DNA of 64,000 bases from Zancudomyces culisetae HAW-14-8 (taxonomy: Eukaryota; Fungi; Kickxellomycota): NCBI GenBank assembly GCA_052426225.1, contig JBNJNM010000006.1, positions 434,001 to 498,000 of the forward strand, written 5' to 3'. The notes under the pieces were generated by a model that ran no database searches, was not told where the DNA came from, and saw only the letters and a list, made by a program, of their open reading frames with translations. The position numbers were made by a program, and so were the translations under genes. This document shows, piece after piece, positions 13,560 to 23,743 of this stretch (positions are counted from its first letter, which is position 1; every line of letters begins with the position of its first letter).

Positions 13560-13800
13560 GCTTTCGCGAACATTTGCGCTTTAAGCGTGTATATTGAATA
13601 CTTTTTCATGGTAATCACGTACGTATGTTTGTTTACGTTATTTTATTGTTATGGTCTCGGATTTGTTTTCATGCCATTAAAAATAATGTTGTATGGGAAA
13701 AACTCGTTAATAAAAAAAATTAAACGCGCGCCAAATTGGTTGATGAATTTTGGAATATTGCTTTATCCAAATGGCGTAGCGCTTTCGATTGACCAATTGA
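13560..13800. promoter_or_regulatory. Candidate cell-cycle elements in the divergent H2B/H2A promoter (SCB-like, E2F-like, CCAAT)
   Basis: TTTCGCG (reverse of CGCGAAA) at 13562-13568; ACGCGCGCCAAA (reverse contains TTTGGCGC) at 13724-13735; ATTGG at ~13735 and CCAAT at ~13793; TATA-like ATATAAAA at ~14135. Confidence 0.45.
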
Positions 13801-14276
13801 AAATAGATAAAACTCACGATTACGCTAATAAAAATAAAAGCTTTAAAGCGAAATTGTGCAATTCTTTGGTGCTATTATTTAATTGTTCTTGTTTCTGCTT
13901 ATTTTTTATATTTTTTTGTTTGCCGTAAAATTGAACTCGAAAAATCCAACTAAACCTCAGCTCAGTTCTACCCAATTTAGCACAATTCAACCCAGTTCAA
14001 TTCGATTTCCACAAAATCCAATTTTTTCTGCTTTTTGCCTTGGGCCTAAAATTAAACGCTTCTTGTCTTTAAAGGTGTTTTGTATTCCAAAAACAACAAA
14101 GCTAAAAATAAGAATTTTTTGAAGCAAAATTCAAATATAAAAGCTGTTGAAAAATCCACAACCCATTTAATTCTAAAATCATATCAATTGTGAAAAGCCA
14201 GCTTTTTTAACTAGTCAGTTAAGAAGAAAAACTTAGATAAAACACCTTTACAAACCAGAATAATATAATAGCAAAA

Positions 14277-14687
14277 ATGAGCGGCGGAGGAAAATCAGGA
14301 GGAAAGGCGGCAGTTTCAGGATCAAAATCATCTTCAACTACCCGTTCAGCAAAGGCAGGAATTCAATTTCCAGTAGGAAGAATTCACAGACACTTGAAGA
14401 ATGGAAACTACGCACAAAGAATTGCTGCTGGTGCTCCAGTATATTTGGCTGCCGTATTAGAATATTTGACTGCTGAAATTCTTGAATTGGCAGGAAACGC
14501 TGCCAGAGATAACAAGAAATCGCGTATCATCCCAAGACACTTGCAATTGGCAATTAGAAACGATGAGGAGTTGAACAAGCTTTTAGGAAGTGTAACCATT
14601 GCTCAAGGTGGTGTACTACCAAACATCCACGCAACTCTGCTTCCAACCAAGAAGGGAAAGAAGGAGGGTGAATCACAAGAAATGTAA
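14277..14687 (+). CDS. HTA1: Histone H2A with C-terminal SQ (H2A.X-type) motif
   Basis: [19 protein letters not shown]...[47 protein letters not shown]; ends SQEM. Transcribed divergently from H2B, as in typical fungal pairs. Confidence 0.98.
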   Translation: MSGGGKSGGKAAVSGSKSSSTTRSAKAGIQFPVGRIHRHLKNGNYAQRIAAGAPVYLAAVLEYLTAEILELAGNAARDNKKSRIIPRHLQLAIRNDEELNKLLGSVTIAQGGVLPNIHATLLPTKKGKKEGESQEM

Positions 14688-15852
14688 ATTATATACTAGC
14701 TTTTTTTTTGAAAAGCTCTGGGCTACTAGGAACCTTGACTTTTCGTTATTTATAAATATTTTTTGTACAATAAATCTAAATCTCTCCTAATTTAATCTTG
14801 GGCTTTGCTACTGTTACTTGTTTTCTGTCTCTTTTTATTATTTTACATAAAAATATGACAGAGGAGGGAGAGTAAGGTGTGTTGATCTTGGGCAAATATA
14901 TGTTTGCTTGGTTACTGTAAAATGTTTACCAACAAAATTTGCTGGTGCAACCGCAACCATGTATAACAACAAAAGGTAAAGTCAGTGGATGCTATCAAGA
15001 GTTCGGAATATAACTCTACAGAAAACGGTGTTGCAAAGACTGGTTTATGTTACTTGCAGAGAAAAAAAGAGTGATTGTGGTGCCCTTAGTTGAGCTAGCT
15101 GCACTAAAACCCCCAAGTATAGTGTGTCGAGAAAAAACGATTGCCGTGAATTAGTACAGAGCGGGAAAACCCTCCTTCAACTAGTGTCCAGTGGGGCATG
15201 AAATTTGGGCCCTGGTGTTTCTAGAGGGGTGAGGGAGGTATTGGTTAGCTGGACATTATGCATGATTTTTTTCTAATCATTTGTGATATGTGCCCGGTAA
15301 CTTTATTTTGGCACAAAAGATCAAAGGCTTGAGTAAAGTTTCTCAAATACCGGAAAGTAAAACCAGGTTGGTTAATTCTTTGGATTGGATTTTCTCTTGC
15401 TTTATTAGTAAAACTACAAGGGTTAATTATTAGTTGGGAACTGAATTTACATCAAATCCCCAACAAAAGTTACAAAATATGATCAAATTTATCGGAATGA
15501 TTGAAACAATCAGCTTTTCAGTGAGTGGTTGGGTTTTGTATCAAGCAAACGGAACAAAATGTGCAGCTTTTGTTACTATACATAGGGATTCGGTGTTTCT
15601 TGGGCTAATTTTAGCTCAATAAAGCGTACCCACAAGAGCAGAAAAAATATTATTCAAAGTTTGCAAAAATAGGTGAGGTACAATATATCTCCTTTGTAAA
15701 TGCGCTTTTTTTTCTAATATCTTTACCACTTCAACAGTTATATTTTTAATTTATTATTATATTTAGAAACAAAAGGTGTCATCTACAAAGACACATCTAG
15801 AGAAATACATCTACAGAAGCATATCTAGAGATATCTTGTTCGCTTGTTAAAT

Positions 15853-17034
15853 ATGAAGTATCGACTAAATAATTTTTTTTTAGTATTCATATCTGCATCT
15901 CTGGGAGGTTTAAACAGCCGAAATACAGCTTCTGCTCATTCAACAAGGCAGGATACAAATGTAAACGAAGCACAAAGTCAACAAAATTCTACTCTCTCAT
16001 CTAATGCAAGGGTGGTGAATGGTGTGCAGGCATCAATAACTGAGTTCCCATATGCCTCATTCATATATATTGACGAGGGAAACTCGGGAGAAGTGTGTAC
16101 TGGTGCATTACTTTCAAGTACAGTTTTAGTTACAGCGGCACACTGCTTGTTGAAAAATTTTACAACACCCTATAATCCGGCACAGATCACGGTTTCCGTT
16201 GGGAGTAGCAACTATATCGTAAACAATAACAACAGATATTCGGCATCACGCTTATATGCTCACCCGCAATTTGATGCTGACACGCTACAAAATGACATTG
16301 GATTGATTATGCTGAGCTCCCCAGTTCCTTCATCTCTGGCAACACCAGTAGCAATATTTTCTGGAAAAGTTACGGACGGAATGGGACTGGTCGCAGCAGG
16401 GTGGGGTGTCACGTCAAACCCCCCAACTGCCACCACAGCCAGTGTATTGAATAAAGTGCCACTTGTTGTTTCATCTGCAGCTGCTTGCAAGGAGCTTAAT
16501 CCCTATTGGATCAGTAATGATGGCCCAACCGTTTGTACGATAAACATCAATGGTCAAGATACATGCTATGGAGATTCAGGCGGACCATTAGCATATATAG
16601 GAAACAATGTAAATTCGCTTGTAGGAATAACGAGCTTTGGAAACGTAGTAGGTGATCAGGATACAGCGCCACCATGTGGTGTTAATGGCGGTGCAGGATA
16701 TTATACACATCTTTATTATCACATAAACTGGATTTCTTCGACAACTGGAATGAGCACTACACAACTATTAGGATCAGATGTAGATAAATCCAATACCACA
16801 ACTAATACACAAACAACCACAATGGGCAGTGCAGGCAAAACTACCAGTACAGGCAAAACTACCGCTGCAGGTAAAACTACTAGTGCGGATACTATCGCCA
16901 GTGCAGACACTACCACCAGTGCAGACACTACCACCAGTGCAGACACTACCACCAGTGCTGCCACTATCACCAGTAGTGGAAACTATATTTTACTATCGGT
17001 CATTCTTAATCAGTTAGTGTCACTACTTTTCTGA
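15853..17034 (+). CDS. Secreted trypsin-family (S1) serine protease with Ser/Thr stalk and probable GPI signal
   Basis: ATG at 15853, hydrophobic signal, activation site R|VVNG, triad motifs TAAHC / DIGLI / GDSGGP, Asp at S1 pocket (QDTCYGDSGG), Thr-rich repeats, hydrophobic C-terminus. Confidence 0.92.
   Translation: MKYRLNNFFLVFISASLGGLNSRNTASAHSTRQDTNVNEAQSQQNSTLSSNARVVNGVQASITEFPYASFIYIDEGNSGEVCTGALLSSTVLVTAAHCLLKNFTTPYNPAQITVSVGSSNYIVNNNNRYSASRLYAHPQFDADTLQNDIGLIMLSSPVPSSLATPVAIFSGKVTDGMGLVAAGWGVTSNPPTATTASVLNKVPLVVSSAAACKELNPYWISNDGPTVCTININGQDTCYGDSGGPLAYIGNNVNSLVGITSFGNVVGDQDTAPPCGVNGGAGYYTHLYYHINWISSTTGMSTTQLLGSDVDKSNTTTNTQTTTMGSAGKTTSTGKTTAAGKTTSADTIASADTTTSADTTTSADTTTSAATITSSGNYILLSVILNQLVSLLF
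16828..16971 (+). repeat. Coding 18-bp tandem repeat, 8 units (SAGKTT/SADTTT)
   Basis: agtgcaggcaaaactacc ... agtgcagacactaccacc x3, seen directly. Confidence 0.9.
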
Positions 17035-18090
17035 GTTCTTGTATTTGAGTATTTGTAGGAAATGATCCTACGAATAGTGTCACTTTTGTGAATAAAGAGA
17101 TATTTATTATATATAGCTCATCCAAATATCACAGCTGCTAAAATAAAAGTGTGTATATACTTTTTTGGTTTGTTAGATGAATTTATTAAATAAATATCAC
17201 AAAAATGTGTATATACTTGTCTTTATGATAAAAGCGAACAGATAAATGCGCGACTGGTATTTATCTTTTATAAAATATTTTCGTGGTGAGAAAAGAAACA
17301 ACAAAACCAATCAATCAATTGAGATTTTCAAAATGCGAAAAATTGATTTTGAAATGTTCCTGGCTCGTAAATCAGCGAATCAAGTTGATTATGTATGATG
17401 CAGGATTTTATAAATACTAGTATTTCTATTTTATGTAGCACAGTTATTTGTGTTTATTTTGATCAAACTTAAATGAATACAGCAAATAGAATGCACCTAA
17501 ACAAAAAAGACGAATGGAAATTGTTTGCAGTTGTTATTGGGATTACAATCAAAAAGACAAAACGTCCTGTCAGAAAAAATGCCCATAAAAACCATAGCTA
17601 ATTTTGAATGCGAGTTTTCTCAATAGTAAAAAAAATATTTTGTTTATAACTAGAGACTTACTCGCAACTTTTTAAGGAAAAAGTAATTTTCTGGTTATAA
17701 CACAGCATTTGTCCGATTAAGCACGTTAAAAGTCATAGATATAAAGATCTACACATCGTATATTACTGGTAATTTATCACTCTGTTTTATATAGTGAAGA
17801 TTGTAAACAAAGGCGGATGCAACTGTGGGAGATTAGAAAATATTGGTACTGAAACCTCAACGAGCAATTAAACAATACGGTTTGTATCCTGAACTCTTCT
17901 TTAACAAAAACCTTTCAAAAAAATATTAGCATTCTGAACTGGATATATTCGGATAGAATTTCAGAAAGTTGAGGTACTATTAACATAAACAAGAAAAGAG
18001 CGACGTCCAGAGCAGGCAATTTGTATAAATAAATTTGACACCAGACCATAACAACAAAGAAAGTGGAAGTTTCAATTTTTTGCTCTGATA

Positions 18091-20058
18091 ATGTTCACAC
18101 AGAAATCCGACAAAGTTCAACAAAAGTTACCTTTCTTAGTAGGAAACAAAAAAACTCCATCTGGTGTTAGTCAGAGCTCCCAGAAAACAGTTACAAATCT
18201 GTTAAGTGGTGGGAAGAAAAACGCGTACAGCAGTGCCAGTAGCGATTCAAATTCGAATTCGAGTTCAGATTTGTTTGGATCGAGGATTGGACAGAGCAAC
18301 AGCATATTGAAAAGAAAAGTTTCAAGTGGAACTGACTCGATTCCGAATCCCCGTATGAAAAAAATAGAAAGGGGTGGTAATGAGAGTGGTGGGATCAGTG
18401 GTTTGTTTAAAAAAAACAAGGAATCAAAAATGGTAAAAACACGGGTTTTTTCTGACCTGAATATGCCGGGGCAGTTGTCAGTAGAACAAAAAAATGCTTT
18501 GGATTTTGTAGTTAACAAAAGAATGAATGTGTTTATTACCGGCTCAGCGGGCACAGGAAAATCGGTCTTATTGGCAAATATAGTTTCACGGCTGCTAGAA
18601 AGAGAAAGCTACAGCGCAGATAGAGTGGCAGTCACAGCACCAACAGGAATAGCTGCGTATCAACTGAGAGGCCAGACAATTCATAGTTGGGCAGGAGTAG
18701 GTATAGGGAAGGATTCGGTGGAAAAGCTTGAGAGTAACATTTTAAAACGTAGAGAGGCCAGAGAACGGTGGGCTAGTGTCCAGGTTCTGATAATAGATGA
18801 AGTATCAATGCTTGATGCCTTATTGTTTGAAAAGCTAGAGCAACTAGCCAGGAGACTTAAACGGAGCTCGAAACCATTTGGAGGAATACAGGTAAGTATA
18901 TGACACACGTTTTATGTGCTGAATAATGTTTGTATACTACAAACGAATACTACATATGCAGCTCTGTATCAACTTTGGGCTTAATAAGGACGATGTACTA
19001 CTACTAGGTAGTGTTTACGGGTGATTTTTATCAATTACCACCGGTTGATAAACGAGATTCAGTTGATTCCGCTAGGTTTGTATTTGAGTCACCACTCTGG
19101 GAAAAGGTTGTGGCACATGAGATTGTCCTTACTAGAGTGTTTAGACAGAGGGATATGGGTAATGAACAATAACCATTACTTGCCACAATTGGCAGTTTAT
19201 ATGATTTTTATATTTACATTTAACTCTCTTTCAAAGCAACTCTTTCGTTTTTCGTAGCCACATGAAATGGGAATGTTGATGTATATAACTAACAGGTTAA
19301 TTTTAACTTTAGAATTCATTGACATGCTAAACGAAATCAGACTTGGAAAGATGAGACCTGAAACACAAGAGAGGCTTTCAATGCTCTCACGGGAACCAAA
19401 GTATCCCAACGATGGAATTAAAGCTACCGAATTATACTCACTAAGGTCGCAAGTGGAGGGAGCAAACATTCGGAGTTTAAACCAGCTTCCAGGCTCTGTA
19501 CGGGCATACCATTCCGCCAATTTTAACCAAGGAGTAAGCATTACCAATGAAGAAGTTCTAAACAAAATGGACAATGCGTGTAGAGCAGCCCGAAAAGTTG
19601 AACTAAAAGTTAATGCACAAGTCATGTTGATCAACAACATGTCAAACCGAAATCTGGTAAATGGAAGCCGAGGCGTGGTGGTTGGGTTTGACGATGTTAA
19701 TGGCGAAGGCTATCCAATCTGCAGGTTTATTAATGGCGTAGAATTTACTGTAACCCCTGAAGAGTACGAAATAGAGCTTTCTAATCAAAGATATGTACGT
19801 GTACAGCTTCCTCTGGTGTTGGCTTGGGCCCTGTCTATTCACAAGAGCCAGGGTCAGACCATTGACCGTGTCAAAGTGGATTTGGGGAATGTGTTTGAAA
19901 AGGGACAGGCCTATGTTGCTTTGAGTAGAGCTACATCTCTTGACGGTTTGCAGATTCTGAATTTTCATCCTTCCAAAGTATTTTCCCATTCGAAGGTCTT
20001 GGAGTTTTATGCTAGGTTGTCTCGAAGACGAAACTTAATAGAGCTTGGTGATAAATGA
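18091..20058 (+). CDS. PIF1: Pif1-family 5'-3' DNA helicase
   Basis: Exons 18091-18891, 19008-19158, 19313-20058. Motifs: FITGSAGTGKS, TAPTGIAA, IIDEVSM, FGGIQ|VVFTGDFYQLPPV, LTRVFRQ, QVMLINN, QLPLVLAWALSIHKSQGQT, GQAYVALSRA. Confidence 0.93.
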
Positions 20059-20712
20059 ATCCACAATTAGTACACACCCGTGTAAATAAAAATTACTTTT
20101 ACCAGATCTACTTTCTTTTTTCTTGGAGGATTTCATTTTTTTCATCTTATTACTAAAACGCAAACGAATAAATGGATATAAAAATAAATGTGCCAATTAA
20201 AGTAAACAGTTTGTTATAAAGCAAAGCCTAACTTAACCCAACCCAACCCAACCCGATCCAGCCCAACCCACTTTTGTCAATTCATGCTATTTCTCAAGGC
20301 CACAGCGTCGAGTGTCTAGCGAATGTTGTATTCTGCGAGGTGTGGTTGTGTCTCCAGTATTTCAAAGTATTTTAAATAGATAGCAAATAAAATCAGTGCG
20401 CTTTGGGGTGGAGGGAAGTAAGAAATTGCTACAAATCAGAAAATATTTTCTTGATCGGTCAATTTAAACTCTTTTTTTAAAAAAACATTGATGTTATTCG
20501 TGGATACTTGAAAACCATGCACATTAAATAATGCAAAATTGATTTTTTTTTTTCAGCACAGATATTCCAGGAAAATGGGATACCGAACTTACTAATTAGA
20601 GCAGTATTTGATACACTACGATTAGATATTTTGTTCAATAAAACAGAAATAGTAAGCATACAAGTACTTTTACACTTTAAAAACAAAACTACAAAACCAA
20701 AAAAAACCTAAA

Positions 20713-22185
20713 ATGGGTGAGCCAAACGAAATGAAAAGAAGCCATATAGGCGCAACTATGTTTTTAGAAAGCGAAATCTCGGAGACAGATTCAATTGATT
20801 TAATAATTCTAAACGTTTCTTTGGATTTTCTTGATCTTAAGATAATGAAAAGGCTTTGGGAACGCGGTTAGTATGATCTTCTTTATTTAAAGCACGCATT
20901 TACAAGCAATTGTGGATCGGTATTTTGTATCCTGAATCTAATGCTCTTGCTCATACTTAAGTGAAAGTAATTATAAGCGAAAAGTTGAAACTAAAAATAG
21001 CAAGGATAAAAGTTTGTGCTGACGGGGCTGGAAATCGACTATACAACTTTGGCTGCAAAAACAACTGTCTATTAGAGTAATATACTATTCTGAAAATCTA
21101 TTTTAATGTTTTGACATTTACCTCCTAAAACCTCCTAAAACCTGCTCAAACCGTCTATATATTCATGATTATATCAAATAGCTTTGTTCCAACCGTTATT
21201 ATTGGTGATCTAGACTCAATCAGCGCCGAAAATAGGGAATTCTATTCAAAAATTGTAAATATCCAAAATTGTGAATTGATTAAACTAAATCTATGTTTAT
21301 AGAAAGACAATCTTAATTTCTACACCATGAATATACGAGAAAGTAGTCTACGACTACAGGTGTTCACTCATCCATTTATTTTTAATTTCACGGAAAAAAT
21401 AGGGTGTTGAAATAGTTAAGGTCAATGATCAAAACTCTACTGATTTCGAAAAGTCAGTACGCTACATCTCAGAGAAACAAACTGACGACACCAATGAGTC
21501 AGCGTCTTTTACAGACATTAAGAGCGGACATGGTGCAGAAGTATGCAATGTGCAGGCCTCTGGGCGGCTCAAAAAAATCCCTATCGTGGTGTTAGGGGAT
21601 AATAGTGGGCGCCTTGACCACACATTGCACAATCTGAAAGTGTTGCTAAACAATTGCAAAAATCAAACAATCAAGCTTATCTCTCAGAAATGTCTAACAT
21701 TCGCTCTGCCAAAGGTATATGAGAGATTTATTTTGCATTCCAATTATGTATATATATGCATCGTTTCTTATTTTTTGTACAGCTTTATACCAAAAAATTT
21801 GCATCGCCTAAATAGGGTAGTAATGTTATTCAACTCGATAAATCTTGCGATGGTCCTACATGTGGAATCCTTCCCCTTGCTGGCGAATGTGTCTTGACCA
21901 CAAAGGGGCTTTTTTGGGATATGAGTAAGTTAGCATTGCTGAAATATCATCTTTTTTTTGTCTTTAACAGATGAGGCTCTTAATCACATCTGCCGAGATT
22001 TAATTGAGTCAAAATTGGAGTTGGTGGAGTGTATTGCTGAAGTAAAATATATGTATATATAAATAGAGGAACAAATAAGCTCGGTAACAGGGCTACTTAG
22101 CTCATCAAACATTGTTGATGATTCCACTGTATACATTGAAAACTCTGAAGATGTCATTTGGACTTGTGAATATAAATTCTTGTAA
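20713..22185 (+). CDS. THI80: Thiamine pyrophosphokinase, 6 exons
   Basis: Exons 20713-20866, 21001-21076, 21182-21254, 21403-21714, 21816-21924, 22067-22185, all in frame. Motifs: LIILN, VCADGAGNRLY, IIGDLDSI, DQNSTDFEK, GRLDH, TCGILPL, TTKGLFWD, LLSSSN. Confidence 0.9.
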
Positions 22186-22356
22186 ATCCGAGATAAACAT
22201 CTACCAACACACAAAGGGAGTTGAGGTTAAAGTAGTGATGCTGAATTGCAATACGGACATTAGTTTACAAAAAAAAGAAAAAGTTGACCATTTATCTTAG
22301 TGCAATAGCTTTTTTTTACAGTTAAAGCGCAAATTAGATGGAGAGTAGTGGTATGA

Positions 22357-23743
22357 TTATAGTCTCAGTAGCTGGCATCTATTATTTTATACATTTTTAG
22401 ACGTTAAAAATAAAACTGGCATTAATTTGTGTAAGCAGCAGCCTAAACAAATACACATATCTTTGCGACTTTACCCTAAATATCTGGTATTGTTAGGCAA
22501 TATCATTGACAAGATTTCCAGCTCTAGAGTGCAAACTTCTCCTTTGACATATCGTTCAACAACAATCTTGGTTGGATTCTACATAAATACAAAACGGTTC
22601 GAGTAAGTCGTCCTCTTAGAGGATGAATGGGGGGTATGCATCGAAAGTACAAATATGTCGATCGTTTCTGCAAAATATGCAAGCATATATGTTTATAATC
22701 AAAGGTTCACATACATTTCCATTGTTCTTGAGCTCCTCCTGTATTTTAGTCAATTTCAAGTGGTTTGTACAATTAACTTGACCAAAGTGGATTATCCTGT
22801 CTCCTGTTTTCAACCCCTATTCGTTAGAAACATCATAATATTGTCACTTTACTGTATAAAAAACAATTAGAAACTTTTCTTATCAACTGTTTTATTTATA
22901 CCTAGTATATCAAATGTCGTTGCTTGTAAAAATTATTATATGATAGAGCCACATTAACAACTCCTTTTATTTAGCGAATAATGTGAAAAGGTCTTTTTTA
23001 ACGTTTTCATAAAGATAAACAAAACAAAATGGTGATGGGCCTTACCGATGCATCTGCAGGTGATCCTGGAGTAACAACATCAACTCTGCAAAATGGAACA
23101 TCTATATTTTGATATTATAATGTTACATTTTCTTGCAGCTTTCTTCGAGCTCCATTTAATCCCTTTGTATTGTAAAAAGTAGGAAGTATTGGTTATTGAG
23201 TAATCAAGAATTCAAAAATAAAATAAAAACTTACATTTCACCTCTTCCGCTTTACTAGTCTGTTGCTTGTGAATAACTTCCAGAAGCTTTTCGATCTCGG
23301 CCATCACCTCTTTTAAATCGTTTTGCTTAACTAGATTTTTATGTAGTGTTTCGCTTATAACTTCAAAAATGCAAAAACTTTTGACAAAAAAATATATAAA
23401 GCAACTTTTAAATAGAGATGAATAATAGTCATAAGATATATAAACAAATTTATCCGAATGTTTACCAATTATTTCTGCCCTTACTTTTCTCGCCTCTACT
23501 ATGTCTATATCGGCCCTGGGAAATCCATCCTTATCTAGAAGTGACTCAAAAGTATCTGTCCCAATCTAAACATTAATTAACACAAATTTCTATTTATTTT
23601 GTTTTTGTGCTAAATATATTGAATTGTATTTGACCCTTTACCTCTTTAAGTTTTAGATCTAACTCTTTCAGCTCTTGTTCGAGTTTGCGTCTTTTTCCGA
23701 ACACCTCGTTAATTCCCAATCCTTCTTTATCTAGAATAGCCAT
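22357..23743 (-). CDS. NAS2: 26S proteasome assembly chaperone Nas2/PSMD9 (coiled coil + PDZ), 7 exons, 193 aa
   Basis: Exons 23743-23642, 23565-23466, 23330-23235, 23101-23046, 22816-22715, 22578-22475, 22378-22357 (582 nt). Motifs: LLDKDGFPRADIDIVEARKVR, KQNDLKEVM, PFCRVDVVTPGSPADASGLKTGDRIIHFG, terminal LGCQL. Confidence 0.9.

Noticed and set aside
17032-17058. TGA stop of trypsin 1 followed by in-frame VLVFEYL-TAG; considered as selenocysteine or readthrough because some early-diverging fungi use Sec
   Set aside because: Not a redox motif, no SECIS-like hairpin recognised downstream, and the hydrophobic tail is already complete.
20867-22066. TPP riboswitch in TPK introns
   Set aside because: Conserved aptamer cores were not found.
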